A stretch of 64,000 bases of DNA from IMG/VR virus record IMGVR_UViG_3300021408_000002, positions 6,249 through 70,248 of that record; one strand, written 5' to 3'. The notes under the pieces were generated by a model. It saw only the letters and a list, made by a program, of their open reading frames with translations, did not search any database and was not told the DNA's origin. Each line of letters begins with the position of its first letter. Within the stretch, counting starts at the first letter, position 1. Origin of the DNA: a virus (lineage: Duplodnaviria > Caudoviricetes). Position numbers and translations under genes: made by a program. Below, piece by piece: positions 18,151 through 26,708 of this stretch.

Positions 18151-18356
18151 AGCTCTTCGATCCACCGCCGGACCGGAACGAGTACCGGGTTTGGAATGAG
18201 ACTGCGACGCGCCCACTCACCGACGGAGCGTTTGGGTCGGCTTCGGCTTCGCGCCGGAAGCGTTGCGCCGAACTGAGTGCCCGGATGACCGGCTGTGAAC
18301 GTCCACGTCGGCGGCTGATCAAGTCGCCGTGGACCGGACGCACCTACCTGGTTTAG
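18147..18356 (+). CDS. Small basic hypothetical protein
   Basis: GTGA overlap; convergent overlap with 18353. Confidence 0.45.
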   Translation: MKLFDPPPDRNEYRVWNETATRPLTDGAFGSASASRRKRCAELSARMTGCERPRRRLIKSPWTGRTYLV

Positions 18357-19618
18357 GCACCGAGGAGCTGCACGACGCGCTCCTCGCAAAGACTGCGCGC
18401 ATTCACGAGGCGGCCGACCTTCACCCCGTGCTCCTTCGCGTAGATCTTGGCGTCACGGGCGCCGGAGCGGAGGAACACCTTCTCGTGTTCGGTGCCACGC
18501 CCGACGATGTAGAAGTGGGTGCCCTGGAAGATGCCGCTGTAAGCGGCACAGTTATGTACGATGATCCCTTGTGAGACGTACCAGTGCGTCTTCGTATGGA
18601 GGTTGTAGACATGGCACGAGACCGAATCGCACTGGATGTCGATGATCTCATCGAGCGCTACGAGGCTGGAGATTCCCTTGTTTCCATCGGTGCCCGCCAT
18701 GGCGTCAGCAAGACGGTCGTCACTCAACGTTTGCGCCGCGCTGGCGTCTTGAAATCCGAAGGCCGTCGCTGCCCCCCCATCGACATGGCCGCGGCGGCGG
18801 CGCTTTACCTGGCGGGTGATGGGCTGAAACCTCTCGCCCGTTCTTTCGGCGTTAACCCTCGCACACTCCAGCGACGTCTGATCCAACTTGATATCCCCAT
18901 TCGGGGACGGTCGGAGACCCAGTTGATCCGAGCGTCGCGCATGACTAGCGACCAGCGGCGAAACCAGACTATGGCTGCCCACGCCGCAGTTCGCGGGCGG
19001 ATCGTCCCAGACCGGGAAGTGATAGCGCGAGCTGTTGACCGCGAACACACGCTCTCGATGCGCCGTATAGGAGAAGCCGAATTCCAAGCCCTGCTCGTGG
19101 CTCGCGGCATTGAGGTCGCGCCCCAGAAGGCCGTCTGGCGATACAACCTCGATCTCGCTGTGGCTCCCGTCGCCGTGGAAATCCATCGCAGTACTAGTCA
19201 CCCGATGAGGTTCACTGAACTCCGCAAGCGAGTCGAAGATCTCGCTGATCGGGGATGGATGACGCTCTGGATTTGGCTGAACAAGCGAAAGCCTGTCGAG
19301 TATGCCGACCTCGCCGTCGATAAGGCGATCGCCCACATCAACACAGCCCAGCGAGACCCAACCACGGTTCGTGAGTACAGGGTGATTCGGAGTAGCGGTG
19401 AGGACGCGCCTTGACCTCAGGGTGATCTGAACCATGTCGCCGTCATACCGGCGGCGAGTTGCCTGTTGGATGCCTGGGGCCACCACGAGCGCATCGCCAG
19501 GAAGACATTCGTACGGGTCGTCGCCGAGGAGCACCATCGACCGGTCGTTGCGGGTCAGGTCTTCGAACTGGGCGTTCAACTTCGCCAGAGCACCACGCTT
19601 ATTACAACCGCAGCCCAT
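18353..19618 (-). CDS. Intein-containing precursor; spliced product is a 102-aa unknown protein (MGCGCNK...)
   Basis: GAGGAG RBS, ATG 19618; 37-aa N-extein, 65-aa C-extein. Confidence 0.8.
   Translation of the reverse strand: MGCGCNKRGALAKLNAQFEDLTRNDRSMVLLGDDPYECLPGDALVVAPGIQQATRRRYDGDMVQITLRSRRVLTATPNHPVLTNRGWVSLGCVDVGDRLIDGEVGILDRLSLVQPNPERHPSPISEIFDSLAEFSEPHRVTSTAMDFHGDGSHSEIEVVSPDGLLGRDLNAASHEQGLEFGFSYTAHRERVFAVNSSRYHFPVWDDPPANCGVGSHSLVSPLVASHARRSDQLGLRPSPNGDIKLDQTSLECARVNAERTGERFQPITRQVKRRRRGHVDGGAATAFGFQDASAAQTLSDDRLADAMAGTDGNKGISSLVALDEIIDIQCDSVSCHVYNLHTKTHWYVSQGIIVHNCAAYSGIFQGTHFYIVGRGTEHEKVFLRSGARDAKIYAKEHGVKVGRLVNARSLCEERVVQLLGA
18551..19507 (-). mobile_element. Class-1 intein (319 aa); no in-frame endonuclease
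   Basis: Block A CLPGDALV; block B TATPNHPVLTNRGW; block F/G VYNLHTKTHWYVSQGIIVHN followed by Cys +1. Confidence 0.9.
18611..19414 (+). CDS. Antisense nested gene: tandem HTH + DUF559/Vsr-like PD-(D/E)xK endonuclease
   Basis: GGAGGT RBS 7 nt upstream; two HTH repeats; E...QKAVWRYNLDLAVAPVAVEIH...H...LADRGWMTLWIW. Confidence 0.82.
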   Translation: MARDRIALDVDDLIERYEAGDSLVSIGARHGVSKTVVTQRLRRAGVLKSEGRRCPPIDMAAAAALYLAGDGLKPLARSFGVNPRTLQRRLIQLDIPIRGRSETQLIRASRMTSDQRRNQTMAAHAAVRGRIVPDREVIARAVDREHTLSMRRIGEAEFQALLVARGIEVAPQKAVWRYNLDLAVAPVAVEIHRSTSHPMRFTELRKRVEDLADRGWMTLWIWLNKRKPVEYADLAVDKAIAHINTAQRDPTTVREYRVIRSSGEDAP

Positions 19619-19632
19619 GTCATCTCCTCTGA

Positions 19633-19830
19633 TTACGCCGGCACGAGGCCATGGCATCGGATCTCGGCGATCGCACCGCGGAGTCCGTCCGTGACGGCGA
19701 GCGGGATGTCGCGTATATGCGCGGCATCGTGAAGCTGGTCCTCGATGACATGTGAGAGTAGTCGCTCTGCGAGCGCAAGGAGATCACTGAGTGTGTCAGC
19801 ATCGACCGCAACCAGACGAGGGCTCTCCAT
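19633..19830 (-). CDS. Small hypothetical protein
   Basis: TAACAT-N6-ATG. Confidence 0.55.
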   Translation of the reverse strand: MESPRLVAVDADTLSDLLALAERLLSHVIEDQLHDAAHIRDIPLAVTDGLRGAIAEIRCHGLVPA

Positions 19831-19852
19831 GTCCACATGTTAGCCACAGCCA

Positions 19853-20539
19853 CTATTTATGCGCGAAGAACGAAGATCCGGAACGCTGCCACTTCCCGAA
19901 CTCGGTGTGGACGAGCGGGCCAGTGACAAATCGTTCACGCCATCGGGTCTCGCGGAGGGCGTAGTTGAATGCCGCCATGTCCGTCATATCGCCAGCGTCC
20001 ATCGGGTGGCTGATGAGGCGGGCGAGGAATTCGAGGACATCCGCCCGGCCGCCGCCGAGTAGGCCGGCGTTGAGGAGCACGCGATCAGGAAAGGTTTCGG
20101 CCATCGGTTTGATCGACGGATGGTTGTCGACGATCCACTTGTTCGAGATCGTGTCGTTCTCTGAGCCAACGTAGAGATGGTCGGCCTCCATCGTCGCCCA
20201 CGGCGGACGCAGCATGACGACGTCGGAGCCGTCAGTCATGAACACCTTGTCGATGTCCGGTCGGCTGTCGAGCCAGGCGCGCAGGTGAGCCCAACGGGCG
20301 AAGAACAGGTTGGTGTCGTCCGGTTCGACTTGGACGAACTCGACGGGGACTCGAGCCCACGCCTGGCCGAGACGCTGATGATGTAGCGATAGTTCGTCGT
20401 GGATCACGACTGCATGACTGCCGACCAGCGACTTCAACCATTTCTGGAGGATCGCGATGTCCGGCTTGTAGTTGTCGCAGCCCACGCACATGGGATTGGG
20501 GATCGAAGTAAGAAGACAGGTCATCACGACGTTCCTCAT
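19853..20539 (-). CDS. Glycosyltransferase-like (GT-A) protein
   Basis: ARWAHLRAWL...KVFMTDGSDVV...LNAGLLGG...DMAAFNY. Confidence 0.7.
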   Translation of the reverse strand: MRNVVMTCLLTSIPNPMCVGCDNYKPDIAILQKWLKSLVGSHAVVIHDELSLHHQRLGQAWARVPVEFVQVEPDDTNLFFARWAHLRAWLDSRPDIDKVFMTDGSDVVMLRPPWATMEADHLYVGSENDTISNKWIVDNHPSIKPMAETFPDRVLLNAGLLGGGRADVLEFLARLISHPMDAGDMTDMAAFNYALRETRWRERFVTGPLVHTEFGKWQRSGSSFFAHK

Positions 20540-21033
20540 CTACGTGCCCACGCCCGCACGTCTTCGCCGAGTTGGTCGACTTCCCACTCCGAGAAGCCAG
20601 CGGCTTGAAGGGCGTACTCCAGCTCGTCTGGCTGGACATTCTGGTACCAGCCGCCAGGGGTGAGTGGATCGTCGTGGTGGAGGCCGTGCACCTCGCGGCC
20701 GGGGCCGGCCATCGTCATGACGCACGTCCCGCCCGGCTTCAGCATCATGCAGATGTTGGCGATGATGGCCGCGTTCGAAGGTGTATGTTCTCCCACTTCC
20801 GCGTAGAGAACGAGGTCGACGAGTTCGGGTGGCTGCCAGGAGGCGCCGTCGGCGACGACATCTACGCCTAGCCCATCGGCCGCGTCGACGACAGTCCAGT
20901 CGGCGTTCCGGAAGACCCAGCGGGCGTGACCGTTCGTCTCGCGGCCGCCGATGTCGACGGCAGTGACTTCGGCTGTTTCGAGGCCAGTGATGGCGGCGAA
21001 GTCGGCTACAAATTTGAGAGCGGCGTCATGCAT
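20536..21033 (-). CDS. Class I SAM-dependent methyltransferase
   Basis: AVDIGGR...VDVVADG...DLVLYAEVGEH...MLKPGG. Confidence 0.8.
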   Translation of the reverse strand: MHDAALKFVADFAAITGLETAEVTAVDIGGRETNGHARWVFRNADWTVVDAADGLGVDVVADGASWQPPELVDLVLYAEVGEHTPSNAAIIANICMMLKPGGTCVMTMAGPGREVHGLHHDDPLTPGGWYQNVQPDELEYALQAAGFSEWEVDQLGEDVRAWARR

Positions 21034-21703
21034 CCTGGTTCTCCGGTTCTCGTTCGGCGATGATGGCCCGCATGGCTGCGGCGTTGTTGCGGGCGTTGTA
21101 GTAGCGCTGGCTGAGCGCCGAGTTCGGCTGCCACCTTTCGGAGCCGATGTCGCGGCAGGCGCCATCGTGATAGAGCGACAACGCCATTCCTTTGTGCCAG
21201 CGCGGTCGTCCAAGGATCGCTGTGGCCGCCGAGGTGAGGGCCCCGTCCTCGCCTCCGTAGCCGGTGAAGCGTTCGTCCTGGCCGCCGCATTCCCAGTAGG
21301 AGGCGGGTTTGATCGCGATCACCGACGAGTCATGTTGGAGGGCTGTGCGGGTCGGCCACTTACCGGCATGGTAGGCCGCTGTTTCTTCTTCGGTGAGGTA
21401 CAGCATGGTGTCGAGCCCGAAGTGCAGGAGTCCGTCGTCGAATGCTCCGAACACGGCGGCTGTCACCGCCTTCGAGTCGGGGATCGTGTCGGCGTCGTTC
21501 AGAACGACGACGTCAGCGCCATCGGCTTCGGCGACGCGGACGCAGGTATTGCGAGAACCAGCACGCGAGAACTCTTCGTGGCCGGAGTCCGCAGTCCCGA
21601 AGTACCAGTCGGGGAAGTTCTCGAGGTACCAGTCCCGGACTGTCTGGAACGCCGCCAGACGATCAGGGGTTGGCCGCCAGGGACACATCACGGCGACTCT
21701 CAT
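21026..21703 (-). CDS. GT-A glycosyltransferase (GT2/GT7-like)
   Basis: FSRAGSRN; VVLNDADT (DxD); GGQDERFTGYGGED. Confidence 0.85.
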   Translation of the reverse strand: MRVAVMCPWRPTPDRLAAFQTVRDWYLENFPDWYFGTADSGHEEFSRAGSRNTCVRVAEADGADVVVLNDADTIPDSKAVTAAVFGAFDDGLLHFGLDTMLYLTEEETAAYHAGKWPTRTALQHDSSVIAIKPASYWECGGQDERFTGYGGEDGALTSAATAILGRPRWHKGMALSLYHDGACRDIGSERWQPNSALSQRYYNARNNAAAMRAIIAEREPENQDA

Positions 21704-22638
21704 CCAACGACCTCTTCTAGTTTTTTGATGAACCTCGTCAGCGAGTCGTCCTTGGCGAGCTGGTCGACCCGCTGCTTGCAGAGCTTCACCTGTCTCGCAT
21801 ACTTTCGGGGATCGTCGAGATCTTCGATAATGTCCAACCAGGCGTCGAGGTCATCGCGGTCGGCAAACAGTCCGGCCGGGCCGAGTGACTCCTTCAGTCC
21901 GGGAGTGGGGTGGGCGATCACGGGGACACTGCACATCGCCTCCACGCCGATCATGCCCCAGGTTTCATGGTCCGACGGCATGAGGAGGATGCGGGTCTTC
22001 GCCAAGATGTCGTCGCGGACGTTGCCGGTCGGCTTGATGATCGTGACGTTCTTGCGGGCCTGGCCTTCCGGCTGGGGTCCGTAGCCGCCTCGGACGCCGA
22101 GGAAGAGACGCTTCGGGAGGTAGCGGGCGAGGGCGTCGAACGTCAGGTAGCCCTTCGGTTCGATCAGGTTGACGAGCGTGATCGCGTCGCCTGGAGTCGT
22201 CGCAAATTTGGTGGGGTCGATGATGGGGTGGCACACCATGTGTTCGCCGGTGTAGCCGACGTATTCGGCGAGACTGTGCGAGTTGAACACGGTGAGGGTG
22301 GGTTCGCCGTGCTTCACAAGGTTGTGGAACAGGGTGTCGTGGGTGCCGTGGACGAAACGGACGGATGGCATGCGTTCCGTCATTGCGACACGATGGAGGC
22401 GGGCGTCGTCGCCGTGGATCGAGACGCAGACGTCGGTGCGGGCGAACCGGGGGCGCATGTTGGAACCGAGGTGTTCGACGTGGACGCCGTCGATGTCGTA
22501 GGACTTGATGCGGTCAGGGACTTGCACGATGACTTTGTGGCCGGCGGCGACGAGACCGGCGTAGTACTGATGCATCGCGATCCAGGAGCCAACGCGGGCG
22601 TACGGCGCGTAACCCAATTGGAAGCCTAAAATCCTCAC
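21700..22638 (-). CDS. GT-B glycosyltransferase (GT4-like)
   Basis: ILLMPSDHETWGMIGVEAM...VPVIAHPTPGLKESLG. Confidence 0.85.
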   Translation of the reverse strand: MRILGFQLGYAPYARVGSWIAMHQYYAGLVAAGHKVIVQVPDRIKSYDIDGVHVEHLGSNMRPRFARTDVCVSIHGDDARLHRVAMTERMPSVRFVHGTHDTLFHNLVKHGEPTLTVFNSHSLAEYVGYTGEHMVCHPIIDPTKFATTPGDAITLVNLIEPKGYLTFDALARYLPKRLFLGVRGGYGPQPEGQARKNVTIIKPTGNVRDDILAKTRILLMPSDHETWGMIGVEAMCSVPVIAHPTPGLKESLGPAGLFADRDDLDAWLDIIEDLDDPRKYARQVKLCKQRVDQLAKDDSLTRFIKKLEEVVG

Positions 22639-22639
22639 G

Positions 22640-22930
22640 TCAGACGGTCGGGATGTCGGGATGGGCGAGCAGCGCTGCTCGAGTGGCGGCGTCGAAGTTG
22701 CCGTTCGGCGCTCCGTCGTAGAACCCGTCCTTGATGAGGCGTTGCTGCAACAGCGACACGGCGTTACGTAGCTCGTTGTTGTAGTACCCGTTGATCTTGC
22801 CCTTGTAGTAGCCGAGATCTTTCAAGGTTCCCTGCAACTCACGGTTCTTCGTGCTGGGCATCCCGCCGGGCTTCGATGCCTGCGGGACGGTCACGGGTGG
22901 CTGGGGTCGCTTCGAGGAGGCGGGGGGCAT
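22640..22930 (-). CDS. Stand-alone peptidoglycan-binding domain protein
   Basis: LQGTLKDLGYY..G.Y....AV..LQ......DG..NG.F...TRAAL. Confidence 0.75.
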   Translation of the reverse strand: MPPASSKRPQPPVTVPQASKPGGMPSTKNRELQGTLKDLGYYKGKINGYYNNELRNAVSLLQQRLIKDGFYDGAPNGNFDAATRAALLAHPDIPTV

Positions 22931-22964
22931 CCTGACATGTTACTACGCGGTGCGAACACCGGAG

Positions 22965-23561
22965 TCACGCACTAGCTAAGGGGTCGATGTAGTACCAAGT
23001 GGTGTCGTGGCCGTTCACCGGAGCGTCCGTCGCGACGCCTTCCGCCGGCACCTCGAAGCGGGCTGACGGTGGAACCGTGCGGAACAGGCCGAGGCGTGAC
23101 TCGACAGGGGTGTCGGCAGGGAAGTACGGCTCGAATCGGGCCATGTCGATCCGGGTCGAATCTCCCGAAGGGGTGTCGTACCGGGAGATCCACATGATCG
23201 TCTCGTCGGAGACCACCACCGGGGTGTCGAACATCACCGTCTCCCAGCCTGTCTCCTGAACGGTGCCGGAGACGAGCAGCTTGTTCCGAACTGACGTGCC
23301 GCCTGGAGGGCCGATGTGGAGCTGGAGTTGGCAGGCGGGCATCGGGTCGAACGCGAGCCGCCAATACCTGGCGCCATGAACGGTGATCGACCCTGCGACG
23401 GGTTCGAACGCGACGCCGTGCTTCAAGGGTGTGTTCAGCCATTGGATCTGCGACGACGGCGGCGTCACGCCGGAGTCTTCGGCGGTCAACCACGAGTCGA
23501 ATTCGACTTCGTCTTGGAGCAGGAAACTCGCCCCTGCTGAAGCGATGATCCCCGTGCTCAC
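22965..23561 (-). CDS. DUF4082-like carbohydrate-binding virion protein
   Basis: HGVAFEP..GSITVHGARYW...GWETVMFDTPV...YYIDP. Confidence 0.65.
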   Translation of the reverse strand: MSTGIIASAGASFLLQDEVEFDSWLTAEDSGVTPPSSQIQWLNTPLKHGVAFEPVAGSITVHGARYWRLAFDPMPACQLQLHIGPPGGTSVRNKLLVSGTVQETGWETVMFDTPVVVSDETIMWISRYDTPSGDSTRIDMARFEPYFPADTPVESRLGLFRTVPPSARFEVPAEGVATDAPVNGHDTTWYYIDPLASA

Positions 23562-25231
23562 GTCGCGAGGTCGCCTGTCAACGTCCACAGGTTGATGGCC
23601 GGCAGGATGCATTGCAAAGTGACTTGAGAACCGACGGCGCGTGCCGCGGCGGTGAAGGGTGCCGCGATGAGCAGCGTCCCTCCGGATGGACCCCCAAAGG
23701 AGAGAGTGCCCCCAGTGCCGTTCGTGATGTTGAACTCGGCTCCGGCTGGGATCGGAACGGTTGCGGCGTTCGGGATCGTGACCACACATCCGGCGGCGTT
23801 ACTCGCGTAAACCGTCTCGCCTGCGTCTCGATAGTCGAGCGTGTAGGTCGGGTCGTTTGCTGAGACAATCCGCTTCGGTTTCTTGACGACTTCTCGACCG
23901 AGGGCTGCGGCCAGACCGATCGGGTCGTTGGTGATGGTGACGAGAGCCTCGGAACTGACATCGTCGATATAGAGGTTCGTCGGCTTGTTCGCCGCGGGGA
24001 GCTTGTAGAACGGTTGCGACGGGACGCGGTTCTTGCTGAGGAACACGCCGTTGGTCGAGTATCCACCGTCGACGAATTCGACGGTGGAGGGATCTCCGAC
24101 GGGACCACCAAACAGGTCGTTGCCTCCGAGCCAGATCCGCGCGCCGCCGGCGATGCGAACGGCTGGGCCGAAGTTGCCGGCGTTCAACCAGCCGTCGGTG
24201 AAGTGGATGTCGTTGATGTCGATCAGTTCGAGTGCCGGTCCGCCGCCGGTCACGTTGTCGATCTGTACGCCCCGAGCCCACAACGGCAGATCGATGCCGC
24301 CGCTGGGCCCGGTCATCCGCATCCCTCCGGAGGTGAAGGCGTCACCACCGGAGTTCGAGTTGCAGCGCACGTTCGACATGCAGAGCTGGCCCTTGATCGG
24401 CGGGGTGTCGGTCGCGGTGATGTCGATGAACCATTCGGTTTCACCAGGAAGGTTGCGGGCGCACACCGAGTCGAGGATGTTCATTTCAGTGCGGTCCCCG
24501 TCAAGTTTCCACATGATGCGCGCATCGAACAGCTTGGTGCGGCGCCACGTGCCGTTGACGCCGTGGTTGTCGATCGAGATGTCGCCACCCTGAACCACGA
24601 TGTCGTCGGCTTCGAACCAGGACGTGTCGTGTCCGACGAGGATGCCGGTGCAGTCCGGGGCGTCGTAGAGGTAGAGGCCGATGCCGCTCATCTTCGCCCC
24701 GTAGTAGGCGTGGACAATTCCTGACGGCGGGGTGTCGGGGAGGTTCCATTCGATGAGTGCCTCTTCCAGTCCGGCGGGGGCGGCAAGCCAAGTTGCCCAT
24801 CCGCCGGCAGCCTCCATCGTGAACGCCTTGGTGAGGACCAGGCGGTCGTCGGGAGAGTAGATTCCTTCGCTGAACTTCATGGTTCCGCCGGCTGCGACCG
24901 CGGTGATCGCGGCAGGAATGTCGGCGTAGTCGTCGACGAGGACGTACGGCAGGTCTTCACGGTGGACGAGTGTCACGGTGTTCGTGATGCCATGCACGTC
25001 CGTCGTGTCGGCATTGTGTGCGGCGACGTCGGCGTCTACCTCTGTCGGGGTGGCCGCGCCGACGTCCGCTGCGTCGAGGACGACGATGCCTGTCGAGCCG
25101 TTGACGGACGCAACCGCGCCCCCGCCTCCACCGCCGGCGATGAAGGCTTCCCATTCGGCCTGGGTGCCGAAGTAGCCGATGCGTCGACGCCACGCCTCTT
25201 CGTTGACTGGGTCCCCTTCGCCTATTCCCAT
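23558..25231 (-). CDS. Tail fibre/receptor-binding protein with pectin-lyase-like beta-helix
   Basis: VASVNG.TG.V.L linker; DIPAAITA...GIY; N/D/G-rich beta-helix repeats. Confidence 0.75.
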   Translation of the reverse strand: MGIGEGDPVNEEAWRRRIGYFGTQAEWEAFIAGGGGGGAVASVNGSTGIVVLDAADVGAATPTEVDADVAAHNADTTDVHGITNTVTLVHREDLPYVLVDDYADIPAAITAVAAGGTMKFSEGIYSPDDRLVLTKAFTMEAAGGWATWLAAPAGLEEALIEWNLPDTPPSGIVHAYYGAKMSGIGLYLYDAPDCTGILVGHDTSWFEADDIVVQGGDISIDNHGVNGTWRRTKLFDARIMWKLDGDRTEMNILDSVCARNLPGETEWFIDITATDTPPIKGQLCMSNVRCNSNSGGDAFTSGGMRMTGPSGGIDLPLWARGVQIDNVTGGGPALELIDINDIHFTDGWLNAGNFGPAVRIAGGARIWLGGNDLFGGPVGDPSTVEFVDGGYSTNGVFLSKNRVPSQPFYKLPAANKPTNLYIDDVSSEALVTITNDPIGLAAALGREVVKKPKRIVSANDPTYTLDYRDAGETVYASNAAGCVVTIPNAATVPIPAGAEFNITNGTGGTLSFGGPSGGTLLIAAPFTAAARAVGSQVTLQCILPAINLWTLTGDLAT

Positions 25232-25320
25232 CGCGCCCCCGGCGGGAGGGGCGCGCAGAATCCGCCGAGCCATGCGATCAGCCCGCAGCCAACCAAGGCG
25301 AGGACGGCGATGACGCGCAT
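25222..25320 (-). CDS. 32-aa hydrophobic peptide, not in ORF track
   Basis: TGATG overlap with holin stop; MRVIAVLALVGCGLIAWLGG. Confidence 0.5.
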   Translation of the reverse strand: MRVIAVLALVGCGLIAWLGGFCAPLPPGARWE

Positions 25321-25757
25321 CAGGCGGCCTGGGTGTCGGCGGGACCGATCTCCTGCAATTTGGTTTCGACCTCAGAGTTGCGAACCAGGCCGAAGTATGA
25401 GCCGATGGCCGCAAGGAATGCGAGGAATGCCGACTTCAACGAGTCGACGCCGATGATTGACCCGCCGCCGTCAATCATTCCGACGGTGACCAGACCGGCG
25501 ACCGCCGAGAGGACAAGGGTCAGGACCTTTTTGATCCAGGCCGCAGTACTGGCCTTTGTGACCAACGCGACAAGCGCTGGGATCAGCGTGCCGAGAATCA
25601 TCGTCACGACGAACGGATCCAGCTCGAGGAGCGAGTCGGCTTGGGAGTCCGGGCCGATCGGTGTTCCGGTGTCGACGGGGACCTGGGCGAATGCGACCAT
25701 CGGGGCGGCGATCCCTAGGAACACCGCGGCGAAGACCGCGAACAGCTTTGCTTTCAT
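25320..25757 (-). CDS. Holin-like membrane protein
   Basis: Signal/TM segment plus three TM helices; in lysis cluster; GGAG RBS. Confidence 0.65.
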   Translation of the reverse strand: MKAKLFAVFAAVFLGIAAPMVAFAQVPVDTGTPIGPDSQADSLLELDPFVVTMILGTLIPALVALVTKASTAAWIKKVLTLVLSAVAGLVTVGMIDGGGSIIGVDSLKSAFLAFLAAIGSYFGLVRNSEVETKLQEIGPADTQAA

Positions 25758-25796
25758 GCCGTCATTCTCCACCATCCGGCATGTCAAAGGCCACTC

Positions 25797-26705
25797 TCAT
25801 GCGGCGTCGCCGTAGATGACCTCGCAGGTGATTTCGCCGATCGGGTTCGGCTGCGTGCAGTTCACTGCGATCACTTCCCGTGCCGGCGCGCCAGGTAGGC
25901 CCGTCGCGCCGGGCTGACCTTCCGGACCTGGAGGGCCTGGGATGGCGCACGAGCCGGAGCCGCCACACCACGCGGCCATCGCGACGTCGACCTGGGCTTG
26001 AGTGAAACACTGGCCTGCCCCACAGGATGACAGGACAACTTGGGCTACTTCCTCGGCAGTTGGTGGTCTTCCGGGTTCACCCGTGGCTCCCCGCTCTCCG
26101 TCTTCACCTGGCATCCCTGCGCAGTTCCCGGGCTGCGAGCAGTGGGCGACGACGATCGCGCCGAGCTGCTCGTCGGTGATCGCCGGAGCATCCACTCCTG
26201 GCGCTCCCGCAGCTCCGGAGGGTCCCGGGCCTCCTGTCCCGCCGGTGTCACCGGTCGATCCTGGCGGTCCGTCGCAGACATCGCTCGAGGTGCAGACGTC
26301 GAACACGATCGGTTCGACGAGAGCACGAACCGCGGCGAGATCGAGGACTTCGGTGACGATGACTGGTTGCGCGGTCGGGGGTCCGGCCTGTTCGGGCTCG
26401 GTCGGGCGAGGCACCGACGTGTCCGGCATGATTTGCTCGATAGGGACGTCGTTCTCTTCGGCGGCATCCACCACGATCTCGGCGGGGGTCGGGACGGAGA
26501 CCTCGGGTGCCTCCTCCTGAAGGACGTCGTAGCCATCAGTGAGCCGCTCGATGACCTGGTTCTGCGCCTGGTCCGCCACCGACCCCTCAGTGACCGCGTC
26601 TTCGAGGTCCGTCATCCGGCTCGCGAATGTGAGCCCGATGATGAAGATGAAGATGGCGGCAGGAATGGGCCAGCCAACGGCGATGATGGTGCGGAGGCGA
26701 CTCAC
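25797..26705 (-). CDS. Membrane-anchored collagen-like protein
   Basis: N-terminal TM; three G-x-y blocks separated by Cys pairs. Confidence 0.8.
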   Translation of the reverse strand: MSRLRTIIAVGWPIPAAIFIFIIGLTFASRMTDLEDAVTEGSVADQAQNQVIERLTDGYDVLQEEAPEVSVPTPAEIVVDAAEENDVPIEQIMPDTSVPRPTEPEQAGPPTAQPVIVTEVLDLAAVRALVEPIVFDVCTSSDVCDGPPGSTGDTGGTGGPGPSGAAGAPGVDAPAITDEQLGAIVVAHCSQPGNCAGMPGEDGERGATGEPGRPPTAEEVAQVVLSSCGAGQCFTQAQVDVAMAAWCGGSGSCAIPGPPGPEGQPGATGLPGAPAREVIAVNCTQPNPIGEITCEVIYGDAA

Positions 26706-26708
26706 GCG

